IMG/VR virus record: IMGVR_UViG_3300025096_003363
Coordinates: 1 to 64,000 of that record
Strand: one strand, 5' to 3'
Length of the DNA stretch: 64,000 nt
Source of the DNA: a virus
Shown here: piece by piece, positions 18,598-29,517 of the stretch
How the letters are laid out: each line of letters begins with the position of its first letter
Position numbering within the stretch: the stretch's first letter is position 1
Position numbers and translations under genes: made by a program
Notes under the pieces: model-generated
Told to the model about the DNA's origin: nothing
The model's database searches: none
The model's input: only the letters and a program-made list of their open reading frames with translations

Positions 18598-19452
18598 CTA
18601 TGCGGAATAATTTAAATATTCCTCAAATCGCCACTTTTGCCCGCCAGCAAAGTGCCTTAAGATAGTTTTATCTCTAGTAGAATGACAAATATCATACCCA
18701 TCTCTTAATCCGTTTTGAATATTCCAGTCGCCACCTGACTCACCAAGCAAATGGGTAGTGTTCCAGGTTACCGGGAGTATATCTACATTATCTACGAGTT
18801 CATCTAAACCAAAAACAACATATGGGGTAACATAAGAATGGAATCCATAATTAGGCATTAGATAAAAGGGCAACCAGCTATGACATTTTATACCAGCTGC
18901 AATATAATACGCTTGCTGATCCCCCCAATAATAGAATACTTCCCCGCCGTCATTTTCTTTATAAAATTTCTTTGTTGTTAATAAGTCAAATCTTTCTTTT
19001 GATAGCATTGTATCAATAAGTTTGTTAGCGAAATCACTTACTTTTAAATTAAATGCTCCAAAGCAATGTGTATTACCGGAGTCAATTGCATAAGTAAAAT
19101 TTTTATCATATGGTAACTCTTTTTCCATATCGCAAATAAACACATCTGCATCATGATGCCTAATAACATCTCCCTCTTTAAGATCGCCATTATCGATAAA
19201 ATTTTTAAACAACTGCCATCTAGCAAAATGGTTGTTATTTTTTACTTCAAATTCAGGCATAGAAGGTATAGAGAATAAATGTGGTATTTTAAATACCTCT
19301 TCATCAGCCTCTATATACTCAAAATTATGCTTTAAACAATAATCTTTATTTCGTTTAGAATTATGTTTTTTAAAGAGCTGATATCTCTCCATGTCCTCTT
19401 CACTGTTATAGTCGCTACTATAATTTACAAATGTTACAAAATATTTTTTCAT
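18598..19452 (-). CDS. GT-A fold glycosyltransferase (GT34-like)
   Basis: YCLKHNFEY, HDAD (DxD), GDQQA, WNTT and LRHFAG motifs. Confidence 0.7.
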   Translation of the reverse strand: MKKYFVTFVNYSSDYNSEEDMERYQLFKKHNSKRNKDYCLKHNFEYIEADEEVFKIPHLFSIPSMPEFEVKNNNHFARWQLFKNFIDNGDLKEGDVIRHHDADVFICDMEKELPYDKNFTYAIDSGNTHCFGAFNLKVSDFANKLIDTMLSKERFDLLTTKKFYKENDGGEVFYYWGDQQAYYIAAGIKCHSWLPFYLMPNYGFHSYVTPYVVFGLDELVDNVDILPVTWNTTHLLGESGGDWNIQNGLRDGYDICHSTRDKTILRHFAGGQKWRFEEYLNYSA

Positions 19453-19497
19453 TGATGTCGGTGTGTGATATTTAATGTGATAAAGTTTTCATTCAAC

Positions 19498-20172
19498 TTA
19501 ACAATATAGCGACTCAATAGGTAGAGTTGGCATTAATTCAGTCAATCGACTTTCTTTATTAGCAGTAAAGAACGTGGCATCATTATTAGACACTATGTCT
19601 TTCCAATTATCAAATGATAGATCTAAAGTATCCATTTCTGAAACATGCCCTCTCCAATCTACATCTTCTTGATATACTTTTGAATCGCAATATATCTCAC
19701 CATCAGTATGTTGTAAGTCGACACCAGCTAAAATTATTTCACTGCAACCAGTAATATAAGCTAGATGCACGGCACATTGCACAGAATCTATTCCTTGAAT
19801 AAATTTATCTCTTTTAGTAAGATCATATAGGTTGGAATGATCTCTCTCAAAGAAATATATTTTATCTTTTAATTGCATATGCAAATTTTTAATATGTTCA
19901 TGGTCATAAAAATTTCCCCATGTAGCAACTTTAGATGTTATGTTAACACCATATTCAAAAAAACTATTCTTTGGTACTGCAAAATCAGTCATACAAAAAT
20001 AATCACACTTAGACATAACTGTAACCGATTGGTTACACGCAAAGATGACGTTATCATCTGATACACGACTAAAATCTATATTGTTTAACGAAGGGGCACT
20101 ACCACACACTATTGCACGTCTGCCTTTATGTATGTCTTCAATTTCCGATGGATGATTTGGGTGTTTAAACAT
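19498..20172 (-). CDS. DUF115/Maf-like (MptE-like fold) protein, possible ulosonic-acid transferase
   Basis: IVCGSAPSL, IFACN and HLAYITGCSEIILAGVDL motifs. Confidence 0.7.
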   Translation of the reverse strand: MFKHPNHPSEIEDIHKGRRAIVCGSAPSLNNIDFSRVSDDNVIFACNQSVTVMSKCDYFCMTDFAVPKNSFFEYGVNITSKVATWGNFYDHEHIKNLHMQLKDKIYFFERDHSNLYDLTKRDKFIQGIDSVQCAVHLAYITGCSEIILAGVDLQHTDGEIYCDSKVYQEDVDWRGHVSEMDTLDLSFDNWKDIVSNNDATFFTANKESRLTELMPTLPIESLYC

Positions 20173-20178
20173 TTTATA

Positions 20179-21114
20179 TTACCATTTGTCTGCGTGATTT
20201 TTTCCAAATAACATTCCGTTAGCGTCACAATTAGAACAAGGAGATAGGCATCGCTTACCATCTTTAAGTTTATCTCTAAAATCTTTTAAACGTTTATCAC
20301 GCCAGATATCAAAGATAGGTTTTTCTGCTACATTTCCGAATTTTACTGTTCTATTATACATATCTTGACAACATAATAGAACGTCACCGTTCCAGTCTAT
20401 ATACATGGCATAATGTGGATAGTAGCACGGTCTTGTTGTAGCCTTTTTAAGTTCCTTTTGTGCACCGGTTCGGTTAGTATAAATTAAACCAAAATCTTCA
20501 TCTTCACTATACCACCGATCACGTAGCGTATACTTAGACTTAACAATTTGACATTCTGTAAATAGGTTATTAAAGTAATCTATTTGTTCTGGTCCGTCGT
20601 ACATACTCACTACAAACTGTGAAAGGCCAATAGAGTATAAATCTTTTATAAGCCCGGGTTCTAATTTATCTCCATTTGTTACAATTTCAATATTAATTTG
20701 TCTATCACAAAAGCATTTTATAATTTCGAGGAGATTTCTTGTTAAAAGGGGCTCACCTGTACCACTAATATTTATTATACCAGAAAAATCTAACTCATCT
20801 AATTGAAATGCTATAGCTGCAGCTAACCCCGGATCCATATGAAGGTTTTGATTAGGATAATCGCCGCTTCTTGGACAGAATGGACATGTACGATTACAAA
20901 GTTCGTTAAGATTTAACTCCACCCAGCTAAACAACGGTATGTCGCGTACTATCTGTACGTGATCAATTGAAGTTCTCTTTCTATCTATATTTCTCTTAAC
21001 ACTGTGTGTAATTTGTTTAGAAGAAAAGTCTCTAGGTAACCACTTACGAGTTTCTTCGTCAGCTACACCTGATGGTTTATAGAAAAACCCACTATGTTCA
21101 CACTCGCCGTCCAT
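20179..21114 (-). CDS. Radical SAM enzyme with a SPASM/twitch domain
   Basis: CNRTCPFC (CxxxCxxC), GTGEPL, and C-terminal PC..GDVLLCC..GNV..PCSNC. Confidence 0.9.
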   Translation of the reverse strand: MDGECEHSGFFYKPSGVADEETRKWLPRDFSSKQITHSVKRNIDRKRTSIDHVQIVRDIPLFSWVELNLNELCNRTCPFCPRSGDYPNQNLHMDPGLAAAIAFQLDELDFSGIINISGTGEPLLTRNLLEIIKCFCDRQINIEIVTNGDKLEPGLIKDLYSIGLSQFVVSMYDGPEQIDYFNNLFTECQIVKSKYTLRDRWYSEDEDFGLIYTNRTGAQKELKKATTRPCYYPHYAMYIDWNGDVLLCCQDMYNRTVKFGNVAEKPIFDIWRDKRLKDFRDKLKDGKRCLSPCSNCDANGMLFGKNHADKW

Positions 21115-21442
21115 TTGATTCCCGGTTTATATCATTATGATCAAACTCGGCCCAATATAACTCAAAGGCTACACCATCTTTTATACCTTCAAATTGATGA
21201 TATAATCCGGGTTTAACTTGCATAAAATCACCAGCGTTTAAAATTGTCTCATCAACTAGTTCATAGTCGTCATGCCACACCCGAACAACCATTTGACCAC
21301 TTTCAACAAAAAACCCATTCCATTTAAATTGATGCTTATGCTTCGAGCACTGTACCTTGGCTTTATATTCAATACGATGAAATTCCAAAACACCGTTACT
21401 GTGAATTAATTCAGTTTGACCCCATATTTTACCGGCTTTCAT
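21098..21442 (-). CDS. Cupin-domain protein (sugar isomerase-like)
   Basis: KIWG, SKHKH..K and PGLYHQF cupin motifs. Confidence 0.75.
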   Translation of the reverse strand: MKAGKIWGQTELIHSNGVLEFHRIEYKAKVQCSKHKHQFKWNGFFVESGQMVVRVWHDDYELVDETILNAGDFMQVKPGLYHQFEGIKDGVAFELYWAEFDHNDINRESNGRRV

Positions 21443-22458
21443 AAATTTATTTCTTGTAAGATGATATCTCTTACTTTATCGTTTTGTGTTACACTAAAAA
21501 CTAAATTATTATTATCAACTATACTCGTTATAATTTTTTTAGCGTATAAATTATTATAAGCTTGCTTTATTTTTTTGCTATCGTCTGAATAAAGTCTCAA
21601 GTTAAAGCCCTTTGAATCATAAGCAGTGAATATTTTATTACAAGATAATTCTTTTAACCACTGTTGTTTTTTATCAATAATATTTTCTTTTAAACATTTA
21701 AAATATTTTTGATGAAGGATTAAAAATTCCAAAGCTTTACAAGAAAAATAATCCAACTCATATGATAATCTTGTTGTTTCAAGCTTTGTTTTAAGCTTAT
21801 TATTTGTTGCTAGCCAACCTGTCTTTATTCCTGGAAATCCAATTTTTGAAAAACTTGAAGATATAATTAAATTATTATATTTTTCGAGGTTAGGTAAAAA
21901 GCTTTTATATTCCCACCCTGCATATATTTCATCTAAAAATACTATTACGTTATGTATCCGACTATGTTCAAGTATGGTATGCAATTCTTCATGTGTGAAG
22001 CAATTTGGTAAGTGCATTTTTGGATTATCTAAAAACAACACTTTGATATCAGGGAGTATTTTTATAATATCTTGTATATTAATGTTATAATTAGGAGATT
22101 CACCTTTTACATTAATAACACGAGCACCATACACTTTTGCATAGACATTATACATTGCAAAGGTAGGGGTTAATAACCCTACATTACAATTTTGTAAGTT
22201 TAAAGTTTCAAATACTTGTTTTATTGCACCTTCAACACCTCTTGTTATTAATAAACAATCTTCATCTACGTTAAGATAATCGCTTAAAGCCTTGTATGAT
22301 GTTGACATATCTGGGTATTGAAAGAGACCGTCTCCTGAACACGTTTCTAATAAATTATTATATATATAATCTGGATGCTTGTCCATTATCATATTTCTAT
22401 TAAGGTAAGTATAACCGCCCTTAAACTCTTTTCTAACTCTATCAATATTATATACCAT
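21439..22458 (-). CDS. PLP-dependent class I/II aminotransferase (HisC-like)
   Basis: YPD, TRGVEGAI, PTFAMY, DNP, LDEIY and SFSK..PGIKTG motifs. Confidence 0.85.
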   Translation of the reverse strand: MVYNIDRVRKEFKGGYTYLNRNMIMDKHPDYIYNNLLETCSGDGLFQYPDMSTSYKALSDYLNVDEDCLLITRGVEGAIKQVFETLNLQNCNVGLLTPTFAMYNVYAKVYGARVINVKGESPNYNINIQDIIKILPDIKVLFLDNPKMHLPNCFTHEELHTILEHSRIHNVIVFLDEIYAGWEYKSFLPNLEKYNNLIISSSFSKIGFPGIKTGWLATNNKLKTKLETTRLSYELDYFSCKALEFLILHQKYFKCLKENIIDKKQQWLKELSCNKIFTAYDSKGFNLRLYSDDSKKIKQAYNNLYAKKIITSIVDNNNLVFSVTQNDKVRDIILQEINL

Positions 22459-22460
22459 TG

Positions 22461-24017
22461 TTATTTTTTAATAACACTTTTAAAGTAATTAATTTTAAGC
22501 ATGTCGTGCTTTTCGTCTAACTTGGTTATAAGTGATAATTTGGTTTTTAAAAATTTAGTAGTAACATCATTCCAGTCCTCGATAAAAAGGATTGGTAGAT
22601 CTTTAAATTGTTCAAAGGCGTGGTGATATTTAACTATCGGTATGCATTTAAGATAAAGACATTCCCATATTCTATGACAATCAATACCGTTTCCAGGTGG
22701 AGAGATACAAAAGACAGATCGTGAAATATAATTTAGGTAATCTTCTTGTAATGTACACGGGGACATTTTAATACCATTTTTTGTAGTAATTTCATCTACT
22801 TTTAATCTGTCTTCTGCATTTGTATCAATAGAGAAATTTTTATAAACCAAAATATCTTTAAAGGAATTTTCAGATAACTTGCTTAGTAACTTTGTGTTTC
22901 CGTGATCATATTTTTTTCTAGCAATTCCAATAGGTAACGTTACTGCATTATTGCCTATATGATTATTTTGACCATACCAATTTTTAATTTTTTTACTATA
23001 TGGAAAATGTTTTTTATCTATCCCTATATCTGAATTATGAGTAATAAGATCAAACTTAAAATTAATCTTCTCAACATACTCTAAGAATATATCAATGTCA
23101 TGACCGTATACATATATTACACGCGGATGTTGCTCATTAATTTCATTTATGTATTTGAGTGCAAGTTCGGTTTTTGTAGTTTGTAATTTAGGTCTTCCGT
23201 GATCACCGGTTATAAAGTTATCTACATCAAATACATAATCACCTAACTGCTTTATATTATCCCCGGTTATTATTTCATCTTCGTCCCATCTATATTTTAA
23301 ATGATCTTGGCAAAATGTCTTTATGTTAAAGTATGACATAGGAATATCTGTTACAGTACTAGCGCAATCTTTAACATACTCTCTATCATGTATGAACCAT
23401 TTATGTTCTTCGTAAGGCCACCAGTTGTTCATTTTTAGGTTTAACGCTACAACTGACATAGCCACCTGATCATGTCGATGGCCATGAACTCTGCTGTCTA
23501 CAGAAGCAATATTATTTTCATTTGTATACGGTCCCGGAAATGTTATACCGTCATTAGCTAGCTCTATAACTTCATCTAGGAAGTCTTTACTTCTTTTAAA
23601 ATTAAGATTAAGGCCAAATTGTGTTCCTTGCAGACAGGGTGTATTAAATGATTGCTCTCTAGTTATATTAAGAGTATCTAAAGCCCGGTCGTGACAATAA
23701 TCACCTACAGAGTGATGATTTCTTATAAAAAAATATCCCTGCTTTTCTAATGCATCAAATATATCCTCTAAATTATTTTTAATAATTACTGATGAGTCGG
23801 CCCAAAAGATTATATCATATCCGTTCTTTCGACATTCTTCGATGCAGTAAAATTTAAAGGCGAATGGGGACTCTTCATGTGTAGGGCACCCTTCCGGGTA
23901 TTCAGTAAACGCAAAAAAAGGTATACCGAGAATATTCTTTACATTTTTTTCAAGACGTTCTAATCCTTTTTTAAAATTATGTCCCTTACCGAAACTTACT
24001 ATACATTTTTTTGACAT
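22461..24017 (-). CDS. Two-domain glycosyltransferase (N-terminal GT-A-like plus C-terminal exostosin/GT47-like)
   Basis: N-half has FWADSS and HRHDQ. C-half has FCISPPGNGIDCHRIWECLYLKCIPIV. Start placed at MSKKC. Confidence 0.75.
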   Translation of the reverse strand: MSKKCIVSFGKGHNFKKGLERLEKNVKNILGIPFFAFTEYPEGCPTHEESPFAFKFYCIEECRKNGYDIIFWADSSVIIKNNLEDIFDALEKQGYFFIRNHHSVGDYCHDRALDTLNITREQSFNTPCLQGTQFGLNLNFKRSKDFLDEVIELANDGITFPGPYTNENNIASVDSRVHGHRHDQVAMSVVALNLKMNNWWPYEEHKWFIHDREYVKDCASTVTDIPMSYFNIKTFCQDHLKYRWDEDEIITGDNIKQLGDYVFDVDNFITGDHGRPKLQTTKTELALKYINEINEQHPRVIYVYGHDIDIFLEYVEKINFKFDLITHNSDIGIDKKHFPYSKKIKNWYGQNNHIGNNAVTLPIGIARKKYDHGNTKLLSKLSENSFKDILVYKNFSIDTNAEDRLKVDEITTKNGIKMSPCTLQEDYLNYISRSVFCISPPGNGIDCHRIWECLYLKCIPIVKYHHAFEQFKDLPILFIEDWNDVTTKFLKTKLSLITKLDEKHDMLKINYFKSVIKK

Positions 24018-24018
24018 T

Positions 24019-24807
24019 CTACATCCAACCTCTCTTTCCGTATTCATTATCAACTTCCAGTCCTGGGTACCACTCTTCAAACTGACTTATTTTTTTTCCA
24101 TCCGGATCATATTCGTAAGTTGCCATACCAGTATTATCAGTTTTACAAAAACCTACTATAGGATTTGCTGTCTCTAAAACTGTAATACCATTATTGTGTA
24201 AAAATTCTTTATAGTAATTATTTGGTTTTAAGTCAGTATACAGGTCACTATCTGCTAGTTCTAAAATTCTATTATGAAATTCTATATTTACTGTTGTTAA
24301 GTATTTGTATGCACCTGTATCCATGAGTTGATCTAATACCGGGTACTCAGCACCTTCTATATCCATTTTCATAAAAATATTATCATCATGATGAAAGTTA
24401 TTTTTTAAAAACTTAGAAAAATTTATCGTCTCTACTTCCACTTCCTTCCACGACTCTACATTTGAGTCTACATCATGTTTATGCATAATATTACTAGCTT
24501 GTTGCTTAGATGGTAAAAAACCTATCGTGGTGTGAGCTACATTAAATGTTTTAGTTGTATTTTCTGTCCAAATAGCTTTATTATAAACTTTAGCTACCGA
24601 ATCATATTTATTTGCAAGAAATTTATAAGCATCTGGAATAGGCTCAAACATATATACTTCTGCATCTTGAGGTACATATGATTGTTGTCGCACAATTACC
24701 GACCCACTTTGGTCCCTGTTATTATAATAGGCGCGATAATAATGTCGCCGGATTCTTTCATATCCCTGCCCTATGTTTGACCCTAGATCTAGAAATATAT
24801 TTCTCAT
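24019..24807 (-). CDS. FkbM-family SAM-dependent methyltransferase
   Basis: FLDLGSNIG, FEPIP, KMDIEGAEY and IEFH motifs. Confidence 0.85.
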   Translation of the reverse strand: MRNIFLDLGSNIGQGYERIRRHYYRAYYNNRDQSGSVIVRQQSYVPQDAEVYMFEPIPDAYKFLANKYDSVAKVYNKAIWTENTTKTFNVAHTTIGFLPSKQQASNIMHKHDVDSNVESWKEVEVETINFSKFLKNNFHHDDNIFMKMDIEGAEYPVLDQLMDTGAYKYLTTVNIEFHNRILELADSDLYTDLKPNNYYKEFLHNNGITVLETANPIVGFCKTDNTGMATYEYDPDGKKISQFEEWYPGLEVDNEYGKRGWM

Positions 24808-24815
24808 TTTATATA

Positions 24816-25688
24816 CTAATACGATATAAATTTATCTAAATTTTTTCCATGTACGTGGAGATTACTTAGTTTAAATTCCCCGTGTTTGTTTTTTGCGAAA
24901 GGAACTTTAAGATCAAAGTCAAACCAACAAGATAGTTCGTTACGTTTTAATTGTTTACCAATAAAATGCTTTTTATCAATAAAGGGTTCTCCTGTTCCTC
25001 CTGCTTGTGATGATAGTCCGGATATGTATTGACCATAGGAAATAGGATCAAAAATAAGACCGGTGTCTGAATCAGGAATTGAAGGGAAGACATAATACTT
25101 AATAGGGCGCTTCTGGAAGATAAGATATATTATGCCCATTTCATTAGGATGCTTACCTTTTAAATCTAATAAACCATTTAGCTCTTCTTCTGTATATCTA
25201 AATATTGACTTAAAGTCGCCGGCGATTTCTACTAGGTCGTCCGGGGATCTAAAATACGTCATGGCGCAAATAAGCTCATCCTCTAAGGCTTGTGTGATCG
25301 CGATGTTTTTATCATCAGGAATACACTTAACAACGTCTTGTAAGTTATCATAAATTAATACGTCGTTATCAAACGTAAATATATTTTTTAAATTAAGCTT
25401 TCTTGCTAATTCCTCGATGTATAGGAACCTAACTGCACTCGAAAAGAATAGTTCCTTATGTTCCTTTACAGGATTATTTTGAAAATATTTAACATCTTCT
25501 TGTTGTAGTAACGGTGTCGTTAAAAATTGATTTATATGATATACATTAACACCTTCGGCTCCTTTAACATCCTTATCTGATATTAAGTGAATAGTAGTTT
25601 CAGGAGAATGATGCTTAATTTGTGTAATACAGTCTTTTAAATATTTTGGAAAATCATATAGACTAAATAAAATAACGTTTGTTTCCAT
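24816..25688 (-). CDS. Putative glycosyltransferase-like protein
   Basis: RFLYI, FDNDVLIY (DxD), FDP..YGQY and NLHVH motifs; lies within the glycan island. Confidence 0.55.
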   Translation of the reverse strand: METNVILFSLYDFPKYLKDCITQIKHHSPETTIHLISDKDVKGAEGVNVYHINQFLTTPLLQQEDVKYFQNNPVKEHKELFFSSAVRFLYIEELARKLNLKNIFTFDNDVLIYDNLQDVVKCIPDDKNIAITQALEDELICAMTYFRSPDDLVEIAGDFKSIFRYTEEELNGLLDLKGKHPNEMGIIYLIFQKRPIKYYVFPSIPDSDTGLIFDPISYGQYISGLSSQAGGTGEPFIDKKHFIGKQLKRNELSCWFDFDLKVPFAKNKHGEFKLSNLHVHGKNLDKFISY

Positions 25689-25693
25689 GGCTT

Positions 25694-26503
25694 TTATGAA
25701 ATATATTTAACGCTAGTATTGTTAAAGTCAAAAAATAAATCTTGATCATCCGGAAGTGGTTTTTCCGGCCACATTGCTTTATCACTTGTTGTGGTGTATG
25801 GAAAAATGATTTTTTTATGATAGCCTAAAAATGCCGGCCACCAAGAAAAAGAAGATTGTGATGTCGCTATATTTTCACTATATAGAAGTGTTTTAAAGTC
25901 ATCAAGCGCGCTTCTATCTCCACTAACACTAAATTTTGAGACACCGGATGTTACTAATTCACAACCGTCCTCTACTAACCTGCTAACTGTTTCGCTAGCA
26001 GGATCATCAGTTACAATTTTTATTTTTGTAAATCCTGAATCCTGTATTAGGTTTTTGTAAAATTCATAACCTAGAAAAAAGCCTAGGGTATTATAATCTG
26101 TACCTCTAATATGTAGTACTAGGGAATCTTCATTAATTGGTTCAAGCTTTTTAATGCCAAAAATCTCTCTTAAAAAGTCTTGGTGATCTATATAATATTC
26201 AGATTTTTGAACCCAAGAATCAATAACAATATCACCGTCAAAGTCTTCTACGGCACTAAAGTCAAAATATTGCTCGCCCATATCTCTAGACATAATTGCA
26301 TTCTTTGAAATTCTAAATACACCCTCTGGAAGTCCAACTCGAAACTTTTCTTCCGGAAGCTTTGGAGCAATACCAAAGTTAGGTAACCCTTCATTGCAAC
26401 ATAGCTCACAATTATATTTTTTTGCTAATATAACTCCAAAAGCATATTGAAACATTCTATTACCTAGCCTATTATACGGATCATATTTAATTATTATTCT
26501 CAT
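25694..26503 (-). CDS. GT11 alpha-1,2-fucosyltransferase-like protein
   Basis: RLGNRMFQYA, LHIRGTDY and SSFSWW are the GT11 motifs. Confidence 0.85.
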   Translation of the reverse strand: MRIIIKYDPYNRLGNRMFQYAFGVILAKKYNCELCCNEGLPNFGIAPKLPEEKFRVGLPEGVFRISKNAIMSRDMGEQYFDFSAVEDFDGDIVIDSWVQKSEYYIDHQDFLREIFGIKKLEPINEDSLVLHIRGTDYNTLGFFLGYEFYKNLIQDSGFTKIKIVTDDPASETVSRLVEDGCELVTSGVSKFSVSGDRSALDDFKTLLYSENIATSQSSFSWWPAFLGYHKKIIFPYTTTSDKAMWPEKPLPDDQDLFFDFNNTSVKYIS

Positions 26504-27813
26504 GATATTTTTAAATCAAACCCTCTTTTCGCTTCAACGAACGGAAAATTACATTTCGTAAGCATTGAATGAAGAGGAGCTTTATAGTTTTTATTTTTTA
26601 GGTCCACTGTTAGATTAATAAAACTTTGAACTACGTGTTTATCTAAAAAGGGGTACCTAGTTTCTATTCCTACGCTGCCGGCAATGCATTCTTCTTTGTT
26701 TAAATAACTCCAATTAGCACCATAATAAAAATTACCCCACGGAAAGACGTCTAATAAATTATCAGGCCATATATATGGATTAGGTGTATTAAATCCATAT
26801 GTTTGTATGTTACTCATAACCTCGTCTGCACCTTGACCAGACAACTGTACTTTAACCCCGTGTTTTTCTCTACATTCTTTAAGTAGATGTAAGAGACCTG
26901 TACCGCCTTTATCCTCAAAGCCCTCGTGTGTTTTGTTATTGGGAGTCGGGCCATAGAAAAACGGCTCGACAAAGTCACGTTTAAAGTTGTTAATATCGAT
27001 ATTTTCTTGAGGTGTAATACCTTCTTTAAGAATTTTCTTACTTATATGATGTACTCTTTTTTCAATTATATCTGGTTCCTCGTTAGCAGTAAAAGAGTAC
27101 GTCATAAAGTCAGTTATATTCAGTTCTTTTAAACCGCAGACTATACCACCACTATCATGCCCACTACTTACCGGGACCAGAAAGTCATCTTTAATACCTG
27201 TTACTCTTTTTTTAAGTGCTTTTAAAAAATTTTCTTCCCACAATTCATATGTATCGATGTGTTGATCTAGATTCCATTCATATGTCTGTCTTTTTTGTGC
27301 TTTAAACGTCTTTAAATCAATAATATAAAATGAATTAGGCTCTGCTCGGATTATTTTATCAAAGCCTAGTGACGTAATAGCAGATTTATATGATGATATA
27401 CAAATATTACTCCCATCTTTACCGATATAAAGAGGCTTTGTTAAAAATAAATCCCCACCAAATATTAACTTATTATTATTAAGGTCTAATAAAGCTACAG
27501 CAAATTCACCATCAAGGTGCTTAAGGAAATCATCACCATGCTGTTCGTATGCATCTAAAATATAATAACCATCGCTTTTATATTCTTTTGTCTCGTTTTG
27601 AATATTGTAAATCTCACCATTGTATATTAAATGTACATTATTTTTAGACAATGGTTGCGGTGTAAAATCACCGGTAATTGATAACAGATTATGGATTAAT
27701 GTCCAGTTGTCTATTTCTGTCACTGTAGTTTCATCAGGCCCTCGACGCTGTAAATAGAAGTTAGTTTCTTCTACATCAGACACCTTTTTATTTGTCATTA
27801 ATATACTACACAT
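26500..27813 (-). CDS. Asparagine synthetase (AsnB)-like glutamine amidotransferase
   Basis: N-terminal Cys2, RRGPD, YNGEIYN, SSGHDS, SGQGADE and ETRYPFLD motifs. Confidence 0.88.
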   Translation of the reverse strand: MCSILMTNKKVSDVEETNFYLQRRGPDETTVTEIDNWTLIHNLLSITGDFTPQPLSKNNVHLIYNGEIYNIQNETKEYKSDGYYILDAYEQHGDDFLKHLDGEFAVALLDLNNNKLIFGGDLFLTKPLYIGKDGSNICISSYKSAITSLGFDKIIRAEPNSFYIIDLKTFKAQKRQTYEWNLDQHIDTYELWEENFLKALKKRVTGIKDDFLVPVSSGHDSGGIVCGLKELNITDFMTYSFTANEEPDIIEKRVHHISKKILKEGITPQENIDINNFKRDFVEPFFYGPTPNNKTHEGFEDKGGTGLLHLLKECREKHGVKVQLSGQGADEVMSNIQTYGFNTPNPYIWPDNLLDVFPWGNFYYGANWSYLNKEECIAGSVGIETRYPFLDKHVVQSFINLTVDLKNKNYKAPLHSMLTKCNFPFVEAKRGFDLKIS

Positions 27814-28618
27814 AATTTAATAATATTTTGTATACGTTATAGTTAGATATATTATTCCAGTAATCAATATGTAGTGATTCACTTTGATCAATATATGTCT
27901 CGGGGTTAATATCATAAACTTCATTAACCGTCTTAAGCCTAATTATATGTTTTTCAAACCCATATGGAACTTTTACATCATTAAAAATAATTGGCATGCT
28001 GCCTACAGCCATTGATTCATATAATCTTATAGTTGACGGGCCAGTTCCTTGCGGACATAAGCTAAGCTTACTGTTAAGTAAAAACTCTTTAAATTTATCT
28101 GAATATTTCTCCCTATCTGTAGATTCCTTTTCGTAAAACCAATTACCGGTGTCTCTGATAATAATATCTTTATCGTTGTTTAAATCAAATAACTCTTTAC
28201 GAATATTATGTGTTGAAGAGCTACCTATAAAACTAGCTTTATATTTTCGTGTACTGTAGTCGATTGCATCTTCTTTGTTAAAGAAACTATTATAATGTGG
28301 AATACATATCCAATCATCTGAAGAAACTGCATGTGGTGTAAAAACTGTATTATTATAAAAGTTAAGCTTATTAACTAGAATATGTTGACATACAAATTTC
28401 TTTTTACATTTATATTTTGCTTCAATATCATTAATTGCTCTCTGCGCTGCAGGTACACCATACTTATTAATAGTTTGAGCTATTGGTATATTAACGTAGT
28501 TAAAATCATCGGGTAGGTCTTCAAGATGGTTAAACAAACTCTCTTGAATATTTTGCTCTGTTTTTACAGGGTCGCAATATTCTTCTTTAGATAATATATC
28601 ATGATTTATTATTTTCAT
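27806..28618 (-). CDS. Exostosin/GT47-like glycosyltransferase
   Basis: ASFIG and LCPQGTGPSTIRLYESMAVGSMPII motifs. Confidence 0.8.
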   Translation of the reverse strand: MKIINHDILSKEEYCDPVKTEQNIQESLFNHLEDLPDDFNYVNIPIAQTINKYGVPAAQRAINDIEAKYKCKKKFVCQHILVNKLNFYNNTVFTPHAVSSDDWICIPHYNSFFNKEDAIDYSTRKYKASFIGSSSTHNIRKELFDLNNDKDIIIRDTGNWFYEKESTDREKYSDKFKEFLLNSKLSLCPQGTGPSTIRLYESMAVGSMPIIFNDVKVPYGFEKHIIRLKTVNEVYDINPETYIDQSESLHIDYWNNISNYNVYKILLNYV

Positions 28619-29517
28619 CTCTTTAAGAATGTACCGGTAGATAGATAATAAGCAAATCCTGAAGGACTTAGATAGACATCGTAGACATGTCGACTGTATT
28701 GCTGCTGAGTTGTGTACGAATCTGTATTATGACTATCCCACCAACTGTTAATATCATCGTTTATTGTTTCCGGTGTCGTAATAATAAATTTATCCCATTT
28801 AACTTTATCCGAGCATGGTAATGATATATCCGTATCCACTATAATGGGTATTTTACCACATGATAATGTCTCATAGAGCCTATATGAAAAATTACCCGCT
28901 CCACGACAGCATAATACCATGTCACTATTTTTTATATTTTGTATATATTCATGTCGTAAGGTAGGATTATGTGGATCACCTCCCCAAAATGCACTTCTAA
29001 TAATAAAATCCGTCTCTAATTTAGGGTTATTTTTTAACTGATGAATGCATCTTTCTCTAACTGGGTCTGTTATTGCCCCGCAAAAACTAACAACAGGCTT
29101 AGAGGTAAATGATGCGGAAGAGCCAGAAATCTTAAAATCACGACTCCATGCCGGCATTGCAAATTCGTTTTGTTTTTGCTTAGATTTATTAATTGATGTT
29201 CTAAACACATATATATTACTAGGTAGCTTATCGCTAATAGGCTTGCAGTTATCGTCATTAAAGAAAGCTAATATTGGCTTATCGTTATACTGCGAGTAGT
29301 GAATAATATCTTGATTAAATTTATCATGGTAAACTATATAATCAGCATCTTCTATGGATGTGTATTCAACAATACTTTCTATTTCATCTGACCAACTATT
29401 ATTACCGAAATCATTATTTTCATCTATTACCTCTTTACTATATAAAGGTAAAAATAAAAACTTTTCAGATTTAAATTCATTTAAATTTAATTTACCCTTA
29501 TCATACCAAATCTTCAT
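28615..29517 (-). CDS. Exostosin/GT47-like glycosyltransferase
   Basis: VSFCG and LCCRGAGNFSYRLYETLSCGKIPII motifs. Confidence 0.82.
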   Translation of the reverse strand: MKIWYDKGKLNLNEFKSEKFLFLPLYSKEVIDENNDFGNNSWSDEIESIVEYTSIEDADYIVYHDKFNQDIIHYSQYNDKPILAFFNDDNCKPISDKLPSNIYVFRTSINKSKQKQNEFAMPAWSRDFKISGSSASFTSKPVVSFCGAITDPVRERCIHQLKNNPKLETDFIIRSAFWGGDPHNPTLRHEYIQNIKNSDMVLCCRGAGNFSYRLYETLSCGKIPIIVDTDISLPCSDKVKWDKFIITTPETINDDINSWWDSHNTDSYTTQQQYSRHVYDVYLSPSGFAYYLSTGTFLKR

